Source: an uncultured Nitrososphaerales archaeon
GTDB lineage: Archaea; Thermoproteota; Nitrososphaeria; Nitrososphaerales; Gagatemarchaeaceae
Direction of reading: 5' to 3'
DNA: 64,000 nt
Assembly: GCA_963706445.1 (NCBI GenBank)
Contig: OY970160.1
Span: 1,376,001-1,440,000, forward strand
The notes under the pieces were generated by a model, which was given only the letters and a program-made list of their open reading frames with translations, was not told the DNA's origin and searched no databases. The translations under genes and the position numbers were made by a program. Shown in pieces: positions 47,958 through 56,486 of the stretch. Positions within the stretch are counted from its first letter, which is position 1, and every line of letters begins with the position of its first letter.

Positions 47958-48896
47958 TTGACCCGGGTAGCCGTGGTCGGCACGGGGGGGTGGGGGAAGA
48001 ACCACGTCAGGGTCCTCAACGAGCTGCAGAGCCTCGCGGCAGTCTGCGACATGAACGAGGAGAGGGCGAACGCGTTCTCCAAGAATTTCCACGTTCCAGC
48101 CTACAACTCGCTCGAGACGATGCTGAAGAAGGAGAAGTTGGACGGCGTCACCATCTGCACGCCTGCTTCGACCCACTTCTCGATGGCCTCCAAGGCCCTG
48201 GAGGCTGGAGTCAACACCTTCGTGGAGAAGCCGATGACGACCACCCTGAAGGACGGGGAGCTGCTAATGGAGGCGGCGAAGAGGGCGAACCGGAGCCTCA
48301 CGGTGGGGTTCATCGAGAGGTTCAACCCCCCGATAACCGACCTCAAACAGATGATCAAGGAGGGGAAGATGGGGGAGCCGATTCTCATGGAGTTCCACAG
48401 AGAGAACAGGCGCGGGGAGAACATAAGCGACGTTGGGATTGTAAAGGACGCGTCGGTCCACGACATAGACACTGCCTGCTGGCTCTTCGGGGAGGCCCCG
48501 AAGGTGGTCTACGCCAGGGTGGGGGTCATGTACGTCCCCCTGGAGCATGAGGACTTCGCGGCAATCCTTCTAGGGTTCTCAGGCCAGAAGACGGCATTCC
48601 TGGTGACCAACTGGATCACCCCCAACAGGGTCAGGACGCTGAGCGCAGTGTTCTCCGGGGGGGTTGTAGACGTGGACTTCGTCACCCAGAAGACAAGCAT
48701 ACACGAAGGCGCGGCCACGACGGTCCCCACGACGACCTATCAGGAGCCGCTGATGCTCGAACTTCGCGAGTTCGTCACGGCCATCCAGGAGAAGAGGCAG
48801 CCCCTGGTGACTGGGAAGGACGGGCTCAACGTGACGAGGGTCGCGGAAGCGGTGCTGGCGTCAAGCTCGTCGGGGACCCCGATCTACCTTGGTTGA
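47958..48896 (+). CDS. Gfo/Idh/MocA oxidoreductase (WbpB-like)
   Basis: [30 protein letters not shown]; TTG at 47958. Confidence 0.9.
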   Translation: MTRVAVVGTGGWGKNHVRVLNELQSLAAVCDMNEERANAFSKNFHVPAYNSLETMLKKEKLDGVTICTPASTHFSMASKALEAGVNTFVEKPMTTTLKDGELLMEAAKRANRSLTVGFIERFNPPITDLKQMIKEGKMGEPILMEFHRENRRGENISDVGIVKDASVHDIDTACWLFGEAPKVVYARVGVMYVPLEHEDFAAILLGFSGQKTAFLVTNWITPNRVRTLSAVFSGGVVDVDFVTQKTSIHEGAATTVPTTTYQEPLMLELREFVTAIQEKRQPLVTGKDGLNVTRVAEAVLASSSSGTPIYLG

Positions 48897-49386
48897 GAAG
48901 ATGAAGGTCACCAACTTCGTCGCCCCGGACGCCAAGCTGGGGAAGAACGTCAGGATCTGGAATTTTGCGTATGTGGGCTCGAAGACTACGATAGGGGACA
49001 ACGTGAAGATCGGTTCCCTGGCGCATGTGGACTACGACGTGAAGATAGGCAGCGGGACCAAGATCGAAGGACTCGTCTACATCCCGCCGATGTCGAGGAT
49101 CGGAAGGAACGTCTTCATTGGGCCGGCCGCCGTGCTGACGAACGACCCGTACCCCCCGAGCAAGAAGATGATCGGAGTGGTCGTCGAGGATGACGCTGTG
49201 ATAGGAGCCAGGGCCGTCATCAGGGCCGGAGTGAGGATCGGCAAGGGAAGCGTCGTAGCCATGGGGGCGGTGGTCACCAAGGACGTGCCGCCAGGCAAAG
49301 TCGTCATGGGGGTCCCCGCGAGGGTGAAGTACACCCGGAAAGAGTTTGACGCTAAGTTGAAGGCTTGGGAGCGGTCGCGATCCTAG
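48889..49386 (+). CDS. hexapeptide-repeat N-acetyltransferase (WbpD-like)
   Basis: IG-repeat beta-helix, FIGP..LTNDPYP, VTKDVP..GVPA. Confidence 0.88.
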   Translation: MVEKMKVTNFVAPDAKLGKNVRIWNFAYVGSKTTIGDNVKIGSLAHVDYDVKIGSGTKIEGLVYIPPMSRIGRNVFIGPAAVLTNDPYPPSKKMIGVVVEDDAVIGARAVIRAGVRIGKGSVVAMGAVVTKDVPPGKVVMGVPARVKYTRKEFDAKLKAWERSRS

Positions 49387-49603
49387 ACCTGACGTAGAGC
49401 CTCGTCAGGCCGACCATCACGACGAACCAGAGCGCGACCAGGGCTATGATCAGGATAAGTTTCAGCAGCGCCAGACCGGTGTAGTCTGTCAGAGAGTGAG
49501 GTATCGGGCCGAGGGGGACCACGAAGTCGAAGAAAAGTACAGTCTCCGCTATTATCAACAGGAATGCGACCGCTTCAATCCCGATGAGAGGAGCTAGTTT
49601 CAT
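49352..49603 (-). CDS. small membrane protein
   Basis: Two TM helices, immediately downstream of the GT4/MraY gene. Confidence 0.6.
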   Translation of the reverse strand: MKLAPLIGIEAVAFLLIIAETVLFFDFVVPLGPIPHSLTDYTGLALLKLILIIALVALWFVVMVGLTRLYVRSRIATAPKPST

Positions 49604-49604
49604 C

Positions 49605-50639
49605 TTATTGCACCCAGGTCAGGGCGGAGATTGCGAAGGAGAACAGGCAGGCGACGACCGTCAGGTAGATGATGCTCTTCACCAGGTCCTTCTCCGACAG
49701 GGCCCCTCCGAGCAGGATGAGTCTGATCAGGGTATTCGGAGCGTTTGGCTCGGTGGACGGATAGAGAAGGCCGTCGCCCCCTATGTAGGTGGGCCTGGAC
49801 AGCATCTTCCGCCTTTCGACAAACCCTCGTATGCTTGACAGTGTGTAGAATGAGTTCAGTATGGCCGGGACGATGGCGATTATCGCCGCTATCTCGACGC
49901 CCCCGGTTATCGCGAGGCCTGCGAACATGGCCCCCAGCATCAGGCTCCCGCTGTCACCGTCGAAGGCCCTCGACGGGTATCGGTTGAAGATGAGGAATCC
50001 CGCTGCCACTGCGACGAGTGGGAGGGTGGCGGCCACCCTCGCAAGTGAAAAGCCCGAAGTGTATGCGGCATGCAGGACCACCCCTACGAGCAGAGCCAAC
50101 GACGTGAGGAGGGCGAACCAAGAGATCTCGCCGTTGAATGCGTCCATCATATTGAACGCGTTCGCCACAACTGGGAAGGCGACCACCGCAAGAACGGTGT
50201 AGATGATGGAGTGGGGGGCCGTATCCCCGAGGATTGGAAACGTCAGGACGGGCTGGTAGAGGTCCGGCCTGATGGCGATGACTCCGACGAAGGCGAACCC
50301 GGCCAGAAGGAGCAGCAGTGGCTTGGCTTTCCCCCCTAGGACGAAGAGGTCGTCTGTCAGTCCGACCAAGAACGCGACACCGGCCCCCAGCATGACGGCC
50401 ACCGGGATCCAGGAATGGAAGCCCGCGGCGACGAGGGCCTCGCCCACCAGGGCGGCGGCGAATAGCATCGGCCCGGCAGGCTCAGGAACCTTTGAGGGAG
50501 GGCGCTTGTGGACGTCGTCGGAGACCTTCCCCATCCGGGTCAGGAGCCTGAGGAAGGGAGGGAGTCCGAAAATCAGTATCAGGAAGGGGACAATGAATGA
50601 AAGCAGAAGGAGGCCCACGTCGGCCAGCCCCATTGGCAA
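49605..50639 (-). CDS. UDP-GlcNAc:dolichol-P GlcNAc-1-phosphotransferase (AglH/MraY family)
   Basis: DVHK, GLTDD, NAFNMMDAFNG, FNRYPSRAFDGDSGS. Confidence 0.88.
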   Translation of the reverse strand: MPMGLADVGLLLLSFIVPFLILIFGLPPFLRLLTRMGKVSDDVHKRPPSKVPEPAGPMLFAAALVGEALVAAGFHSWIPVAVMLGAGVAFLVGLTDDLFVLGGKAKPLLLLLAGFAFVGVIAIRPDLYQPVLTFPILGDTAPHSIIYTVLAVVAFPVVANAFNMMDAFNGEISWFALLTSLALLVGVVLHAAYTSGFSLARVAATLPLVAVAAGFLIFNRYPSRAFDGDSGSLMLGAMFAGLAITGGVEIAAIIAIVPAILNSFYTLSSIRGFVERRKMLSRPTYIGGDGLLYPSTEPNAPNTLIRLILLGGALSEKDLVKSIIYLTVVACLFSFAISALTWVQ

Positions 50640-50736
50640 CGGTGTCGGCCGGCGATTTCTTTCTGATTAAACGGTTTCCAGAGGGCGCTTTCGCGCGTTC
50701 AATGTTAAATAATGCCATCCGGCGACCGTCCCTCGT

Positions 50737-51030
50737 ATGAACGTAGCCGACTTGCGGGACGGTATGAGAAGGGTCGACGCCGAAGGGGAGATAGTCGAGA
50801 TGTCAGAGCCGAGGAACGTCAACCTCAGGACAGGCGGAGAGGCGAGGGTGGCGGACTGCATGCTGAAGGACGACAGCGGACAGATCAAGCTCTCCCTCTG
50901 GGACGACCAGATCGACATGGTCAAGCAGGGCTCAAAGGTCAGGGTGACCAACGGTTACACCAACAGCTTCAGGGGCGAAATGCGCCTGAATGTTGGAAAA
51001 TATGGAAAGCTCGAGGTCGTCCAAGCCTAA
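50737..51030 (+). CDS. single OB-fold ssDNA-binding protein
   Basis: LKDDSGQIKLSLW, NGYTNSFRGEMRLNVGKYG. Confidence 0.9.
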   Translation: MNVADLRDGMRRVDAEGEIVEMSEPRNVNLRTGGEARVADCMLKDDSGQIKLSLWDDQIDMVKQGSKVRVTNGYTNSFRGEMRLNVGKYGKLEVVQA

Positions 51031-51070
51031 AGCTTCTAAAGCACACCTCAAACAATAATCCTGAAGGTTT

Positions 51071-51568
51071 TTGGGCACCGGCGGAATCTTTCTGAGGAAG
51101 CTAAGGGCCAAGGTATCTGACGAGCCGACGGGGTTCGTATGGGTGGAGAAGGCAAAGCTCGCGGGGACAGGGTACCCCTCATCAAGGGGACAGGTGGAAT
51201 GGCTCGTCGCCCAAGGCATAGCTTCGATACTGACACTCACTCCAGACCCACTGCCGCGCGAATATACCGAAGGCCTCCGTCTGGATTTGGGGCACGTCCC
51301 AATGCTTGACCACGCCGCTCCCCCTGTCGCTGCACTTGACAAAGCCGTGGAGTTCATCAGGGAGCAGCTGGAGGATGGGAAGCCAGTTGCGGTCCACTGC
51401 CTGGCAGGAGAAGGCAGGACCGGATGCGTGTTGGCTGCTTACCTGATTTCAGAGAGGCACATCGGGGCTGACGAGGCTCTGCGCACGCTGAGGGAGGTCA
51501 AACCTCAATTCGTCGAACGGGCCCAAGAAAAGGCAGTATACGACTACGCCGCGGCTAGAAAGTTATAG
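51071..51568 (+). CDS. dual-specificity / tyrosine protein phosphatase
   Basis: VHCLAGEGRTG CX5R loop. Confidence 0.92.
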   Translation: MGTGGIFLRKLRAKVSDEPTGFVWVEKAKLAGTGYPSSRGQVEWLVAQGIASILTLTPDPLPREYTEGLRLDLGHVPMLDHAAPPVAALDKAVEFIREQLEDGKPVAVHCLAGEGRTGCVLAAYLISERHIGADEALRTLREVKPQFVERAQEKAVYDYAAARKL

Positions 51569-52087
51569 CGGCTGTCGGCTCGAAGACGTCCTAGCCTTGA
51601 CCACCAGATAGGAACCAAGCACCAGGGCGGTGAATACTGCGACGGCTAGGGCCCCAAGTGGGAACTCGGGGACCGCAGTAGCCGTGGTCGAGGATGTAGA
51701 AGTTGATGGAGCTCCGAGAACTATCACCGTCCCTTTGATGTAGGTGTGAATCGAGCAATGGTAGGCGTAGGTCCCGGCGGTCGTGAAAGTGAATGTGAAA
51801 GTCTTTCCCGGCGGGAGTGTACCGCCGAATGTCCCGTTATTGGAGGTGACAGTGTGGGTCACGGCATCATTGTTCGTCCAAGTCACAGTGTTGTTGACGC
51901 CAATAACCACGGTGAAGCTTGCGGGGTTGTAGGCGTAGTTCTTGATGGTCACATTTGTGGTGCTTTGCGCCGTCGCAACAGGGGTCGCGAAGACGGCAAA
52001 GACCCCCGCCGACACAAGGAGCGCGAGTAATGCCAATGTGCGGCCCCTCGCGGAATGCGTCTTGACAGTTCCTCGTGTGTTTGGCAA
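51563..52087 (-). CDS. cupredoxin (plastocyanin-like) with PEF-CTERM sorting signal
   Basis: Signal peptide, VTWTN..HTVT, YHCSIH, S/T linker, VPEF + TM + basic tail; start uncertain. Confidence 0.88.
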   Translation of the reverse strand: MPNTRGTVKTHSARGRTLALLALLVSAGVFAVFATPVATAQSTTNVTIKNYAYNPASFTVVIGVNNTVTWTNNDAVTHTVTSNNGTFGGTLPPGKTFTFTFTTAGTYAYHCSIHTYIKGTVIVLGAPSTSTSSTTATAVPEFPLGALAVAVFTALVLGSYLVVKARTSSSRQPL

Positions 52088-52128
52088 CGTAACTTCTTGA
52101 CGCTGTTTTCCTCTTTGCAGATATGAAG

Positions 52129-52140
52129 GTTCTTCCAAAT
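52129..52140. promoter_or_regulatory. candidate operator GTTCTTCCAAAT, copy 1 (upstream of the cupredoxin gene)
   Basis: Identical 12-mer at 52502-52513; abuts a TATA-like element on the minus strand. Confidence 0.5.
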
Positions 52141-52178
52141 CTCCTCCATATTCGGACAGGAAGGAAAGCTCAGGGGGT

Positions 52179-52463
52179 TCAGAGCGTGACCCGGAGGAGG
52201 ATCAGAAGGCCCGCGAACTCGAGGATGGATAATGCGGCGAAGTAGGTGGAAAGCGTCGAGTTGTAGGAGTAGTCGGTGAGGAAGCCGCACACGTACACCA
52301 TGCCTGAATTCTGCGCCAGCAGGAGACCTGAGAAGCCCAACAGCCCGTAGGAAAATCCTGCGTGAGTCTTGCTGGCCACCCTTCCATAGAGGTAGATCAG
52401 CCCGACCAGGAGGACTACGTTCAGGACTGACATTCCCGTTGCGATCGTGGCGTATGTGTCCAT
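52179..52463 (-). CDS. three-TM membrane protein associated with a wHTH regulator
   Basis: LNVVLLVGLIYLY, GLLGFSGLLLAQN, LEFAGL. Confidence 0.75.
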   Translation of the reverse strand: MDTYATIATGMSVLNVVLLVGLIYLYGRVASKTHAGFSYGLLGFSGLLLAQNSGMVYVCGFLTDYSYNSTLSTYFAALSILEFAGLLILLRVTL

Positions 52464-52501
52464 GCGGATATGAGCCGAATCTTGCCCCAGGACTAATAAC
52501 A

Positions 52502-52513
52502 GTTCTTCCAAAT
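52502..52513. promoter_or_regulatory. candidate operator GTTCTTCCAAAT, copy 2 (divergent promoter region)
   Basis: Identical to 52129-52140; abuts TTATTA on the minus strand. Confidence 0.5.
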
Positions 52514-52564
52514 GTTGAGAGGCCGACCAAGCCCTAAATAGAATCGGAACCTCAGCGTGGGCAG

Positions 52565-52891
52565 ATGCAAGAGGATCCCGAGCTTCGCAGGACCCTCTGG
52601 TTCCTCCTCGGCGGGAAGCGGGGAGGAGAGAACAGGGCCAGGATCATCTGGAGCCTGCGGAAGAAGCCCAGCAACATCAACCAGCTGGCGACCGAGCTGA
52701 ACCTGCAGTACAAGGCGGTCCAGCACCACATGAAGATCCTCGTAGGGAGCTCGCTCTTGGCGCCAGCCGGGGAGGGGTATGGCGCTGTCTATCTACTTAC
52801 TCAATGGTTCGAATTTCATTTCGAGTCTTTCGAGCTGATATGCGGCAAGCTTGGATTCGGGGACGGTCCCAAGCCAACCGGGACGTCTTAG
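52565..52891 (+). CDS. ArsR-like winged-helix transcriptional regulator
   Basis: LWFLLGGKRGGENRARII, NINQLA.ELNLQYKAVQHH, GYGAVY. Confidence 0.88.
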   Translation: MQEDPELRRTLWFLLGGKRGGENRARIIWSLRKKPSNINQLATELNLQYKAVQHHMKILVGSSLLAPAGEGYGAVYLLTQWFEFHFESFELICGKLGFGDGPKPTGTS

Positions 52892-52906
52892 AATATGGGT
52901 TGGCGC

Positions 52907-53779
52907 CTAATTCGGGTGTTTGGCTAAGAAGGTCAGGACCCTCTTCATGAAGGATTCCCTTTCTTCCCAGAATGCTAGATGAGAACTGTTCGGGAAGATG
53001 GTAAGCTCTGAGCCCTTGATGTGCTTGTGGAGGTCCCTGGCGACAACGGGGGAGACCTCGTCGTACCTGCCCCCGAGCACAAGCGTGGGCACACGTAGGT
53101 TCTTCAATTTGGGTGTCACGTTCCAGTAGCGTGTGTTGCCGATTATCGTGAATTCGTTTGGACCGTTCATGGTCCCGTAAACGGGCTTGCTCAGGTGCTC
53201 CAAGGAGTAGGTAAGTTCGGACGGCCATGGCGACAGTCTGCATAGGTGTTTGTTGTAGAAGACCATGACCGCTTTGACGTATTCGGGGTTCTCGTAATCC
53301 CCGTCCGACTCGTATCTTGCCATCGTCTTCTGCGTTTCAGCGGGGAGACCGCGTTTCATTCTTTGCATCTCCTGAATGGTCAGCGGGACGCTGTGGAGTC
53401 CGCCCACAGTCGTCATCGTCGCCATGTTCCTTTGATACTTGAGGGCGTAGGCGATGGAAAGCATCCCTCCCCAGCTCGAGCCGATGAAGTGGGCCCTTCC
53501 GAGCTTCATCTTCCGCCGGAATGCTTCGACTTCCTCGACGTAGCGCTCGGGGACGAAAAGGGTGACGTCCTTGGGGACTCGCGAGCGGCCGCACCCCAGC
53601 TGATCGTAGAAGGTGACCCGATACCCATGCTTGGAGAGATCGGACATTGACAGGAGGTAGTCGTGGGTGGCGCCGGGACCTCCGTGGAGGCAGAGTATCT
53701 CCCCTTTTTCGGGCTCGCCGAACTGCTTGTAGAAGAGGTCGAAGCCCAGGACGCTAACAAAGCCTTCAGTGGGCTTCAC
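52907..53779 (-). CDS. proline iminopeptidase (alpha/beta hydrolase)
   Basis: HGGPG, YDQLGCGRS, GSSWGG, MNGPNEF; GTG at 53779. Confidence 0.9.
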   Translation of the reverse strand: MKPTEGFVSVLGFDLFYKQFGEPEKGEILCLHGGPGATHDYLLSMSDLSKHGYRVTFYDQLGCGRSRVPKDVTLFVPERYVEEVEAFRRKMKLGRAHFIGSSWGGMLSIAYALKYQRNMATMTTVGGLHSVPLTIQEMQRMKRGLPAETQKTMARYESDGDYENPEYVKAVMVFYNKHLCRLSPWPSELTYSLEHLSKPVYGTMNGPNEFTIIGNTRYWNVTPKLKNLRVPTLVLGGRYDEVSPVVARDLHKHIKGSELTIFPNSSHLAFWEERESFMKRVLTFLAKHPN

Positions 53780-53822
53780 AGACAGCCGGTTGGTGGTCCG
53801 AGGGAGATAAGATTTGATTCGA

Positions 53823-54116
53823 TCATTGCCCGAAGGTCGATGAATCAACCAGATTCAGCTCTGGCTTGCAGACTTTGCATCGCCTGGCTTGGAACTCGCG
53901 GGCGGCCGTCGCTATGTTGTCGACCCAGAAGTAGCTCCCCTCCTTGCGACCATCGATGGTCACCTTGAGGTTGAAGCTGTCGACTTTGATGCATGTCGCG
54001 TTGACCTTGTGGATGATGGCGGGGCGGACCGAGTCGGTGATCACGAAGTATCCTTCGTCCGCAAGTCGGAGGTTGCGCAACTCGTCGAAGGTCTCGATTT
54101 CCTTTGCTTCTGCCAT
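53823..54116 (-). CDS. small hypothetical protein, possibly Zn-binding
   Basis: IHKVNATC ... RRCKVCKP. Confidence 0.6.
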   Translation of the reverse strand: MAEAKEIETFDELRNLRLADEGYFVITDSVRPAIIHKVNATCIKVDSFNLKVTIDGRKEGSYFWVDNIATAAREFQARRCKVCKPELNLVDSSTFGQ

Positions 54117-54136
54117 GTGGTGTTCCGCAGTGGTTA

Positions 54137-54499
54137 CTACTTCTTGCCCTTGCCGTATTCGACCATGCCCTGGAAGTCGATAACGGTCACCGGCTCAACT
54201 CCGACCACCCAGGCGTCATGACCAGGTGGGAGCATGGAGACTTCCCCGGGCCCAACGTCGAACTCCGCTCCATCGTCCATTTTGACGTGGAGGACTCCTG
54301 TCACGTGGTACTGAAAATGCGGGGCCTCGCAGCTCTTTGTCTTGGCCATGGGCTTGAGGTGCTTGGACCACTTCCATCCCGGCTCGAACACTGCCCTGCC
54401 CACAGCCGCTCCTCCAAACTTGACTAGCTGCAACTTACCCTTCTCAAACTTCCTTGTCTCGTCGGGCGCTCCGAACTTCTTGACCTTTGCCTTGGCCAT
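54137..54499 (-). CDS. cupin domain protein
   Basis: FEPGWKWS, CEAPH, PPGHDAWVVG. Confidence 0.88.
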   Translation of the reverse strand: MAKAKVKKFGAPDETRKFEKGKLQLVKFGGAAVGRAVFEPGWKWSKHLKPMAKTKSCEAPHFQYHVTGVLHVKMDDGAEFDVGPGEVSMLPPGHDAWVVGVEPVTVIDFQGMVEYGKGKK

Positions 54500-54576
54500 G
54501 CACCTGACGAACACTATTTGTTAGATAAAGGCTTCAGTGGGAGTCATCCACGTTCCAATTCGCTCAGCAGCAGGCA

Positions 54577-54661
54577 TGCGGGGGGAGGGATTCGAACCCT
54601 CGAACCCCTAAGGGATGGGAGCCTCAGTCCCACGCCGTTGACCATGCTGGGCGACCCCCGC
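54577..54661 (-). tRNA. tRNA-Leu(GAG), no intron
   Basis: GCGGGGG acceptor, TGGGA-CTGAGGC-TCCCA, long variable arm, GAGGG-TTCGAAT-CCCTC. Confidence 0.95.
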
Positions 54662-54748
54662 GCGCAAACTCACGCCCTTTGAGACAATTCTAAAACCCTT
54701 TCCGCGAGCACAAGGATTTAACGCCCAGTGGGGTCGGGTCGAGACCAA

Positions 54749-54840
54749 GCCGGCGTAGCTCAGCCTGGTAGAGCACACCCAAGTTGGGGCTCAGACGCCT
54801 CGTAAGCGTGGGGTCCCGCGATCAAAGCGCGGCGCCGGCT
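54749..54840 (+). tRNA. tRNA-Thr(CGT) with 18-nt intron at 27/28 (54777-54794)
   Basis: BHB GAGC AC|A CCCA-AGT-TGGG GCTC AG|A; spliced anticodon arm CACGC-CTCGTAA-GCGTG. Confidence 0.9.
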
Positions 54841-54845
54841 CGCTT

Positions 54846-55337
54846 TTACTTTGACGACCTGGTGCTGGTTTCTCGGAGCCTGCTCATCTCGGTCAGCTCG
54901 AAGGGGAAGACGACCCACTTGTCAACCACTTCTAGGTAGTATTCGGGCTCGAACTTGCTCCATGGTTTCTTGAACAGGACGGCCGTCTCAAGAAGTTTCG
55001 GGTTCTGTCCATTGAGGTACTTCTTCACAGTCTCCATCGTGTCACCCTGGTCGACAAGATCATCGACCACTAGGATGTTCTTTCCCGCTACACCCTCGCT
55101 GAGAGTCGAGAGGATTTTGGGACTGTTTCTCTGGCCTATCCCTTCATATGATTTCACGTTGATGAAATCGATTGTAACCCCCAGGTGGTCAGAGACCACC
55201 ATGGCAACGGGCATCCCTCCTCTGGCGATCCCGATGACGATATCAAATTTCACTCCTCTGGAACGTACCTTCTCCGCCAAGGCCTGGGCGAGGTTGCCGT
55301 ACTCGGGCCAGCTGATGTACCTGAACTCGGTCAACAA
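54846..55337 (-). CDS. purine (hypoxanthine/guanine/xanthine) phosphoribosyltransferase
   Basis: GIARGG, LVVDDLVDQGDT, WVVFPFE. Confidence 0.85.
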   Translation of the reverse strand: MLTEFRYISWPEYGNLAQALAEKVRSRGVKFDIVIGIARGGMPVAMVVSDHLGVTIDFINVKSYEGIGQRNSPKILSTLSEGVAGKNILVVDDLVDQGDTMETVKKYLNGQNPKLLETAVLFKKPWSKFEPEYYLEVVDKWVVFPFELTEMSRLRETSTRSSK

Positions 55338-55523
55338 TCAACCGAGCGGGGTCTTTGTAGATAACCATTCGAATGGGGATTCGCACGAGGTTGCAAAGTC
55401 GGAATGATTCAAGAAGAAATCACGAACACTTAAATCACGATTTTCTCTCGTTGGTTTTGACGTTCAAGGTCTTCTGTTTGTCAATGAGACACACCCGGAG
55501 CTCGCACGAGTAGGCGCGGAGGA

Positions 55524-56477
55524 TTGTCTGGAGAACTCGTCGTCGTAGCCCTCGGAGGGAACGCCCTTCTTCAGCGTTCGCAGAAGGGTACATTCGATGA
55601 TCAGTATGCCAACGTCAAAAGGACGGCGGAGAAGATCGCCGACCTGGTCCAGGGCGGGTATGAGATCGTGCTCACCCATGGCAACGGCCCTCAGGTCGGG
55701 GCGACGCTCCTGAGGCACGAAGCCGGCAAAGGGCTCGTCCCCCCGCTCCCTCTCGACGCATGCGGTGCCGAAACCCAGGGCTTCATCGGCTACATGATCC
55801 AGCAAGCGCTCAGGAACGTGCTGAAGTCTCGTGGAGTGGACAAGTACGTGGTCACAGTCGTGACGAGGGTCATTGTCGACAAGCATGATCCCGCGTTCGA
55901 GCATCCGACGAAGCCCGTCGGGCCCTTCTACACGAAAGAGGAAGCCGTCCGTCTGAGCCAGAGCATGCCAAACATGACGATCAAGGAAGACGCAGGACGC
56001 GGATACAGAAGGGTTGTACCTTCCCCCGACCCGAAGGTGATAGCCGAGAGGTCTGCCATTCGGACTCTCGTGGACGCGGGCTTCGTGGTAGTGTCGACGG
56101 GGGGCGGAGGGATTCCGATAGTCGAGGAAGATTCGCAAGCAAGGGGGGTAGAAGCGGTGATCGACAAGGACCTTGCCGGCCAGCGCCTCGCCACCTTGAT
56201 CCACGCGAACATCTTCGTGATACTCACGGACGTCGACGGGGCTTACTTGGGTTTCGGAACCCCAAGGCAGGAGCTCATCAAAGAGGTGACGACCGGGAAG
56301 CTGCAAAGATACTTAGACGAAGGACAATTCAAGGAAGGGAGCATGGCACCCAAGGTGCTCGCCGCGATACGTTTCGTCGAAAGCGGCGGAGAAAGGGCGA
56401 TAATAGCAGAGCTTGGAAAGTTGCCTGAAGCGTTGGCGGGCAAGTCAGGTACGCAGGTGGTAGGTCCAGGGGCTTGA
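55524..56477 (+). CDS. arcC: carbamate kinase
   Basis: ALGGNAL, THGNGPQVG, RRVVPSP, EAVIDKD, GSMAPKV. Confidence 0.96.
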   Translation: MSGELVVVALGGNALLQRSQKGTFDDQYANVKRTAEKIADLVQGGYEIVLTHGNGPQVGATLLRHEAGKGLVPPLPLDACGAETQGFIGYMIQQALRNVLKSRGVDKYVVTVVTRVIVDKHDPAFEHPTKPVGPFYTKEEAVRLSQSMPNMTIKEDAGRGYRRVVPSPDPKVIAERSAIRTLVDAGFVVVSTGGGGIPIVEEDSQARGVEAVIDKDLAGQRLATLIHANIFVILTDVDGAYLGFGTPRQELIKEVTTGKLQRYLDEGQFKEGSMAPKVLAAIRFVESGGERAIIAELGKLPEALAGKSGTQVVGPGA

Positions 56478-56486
56478 CCTTTCGCC

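Noticed and set aside
55524-56477. Arginine deiminase pathway as the role of arcC
   Set aside because: No arcA or arcB nearby; the neighbours are cyclic amidohydrolases.
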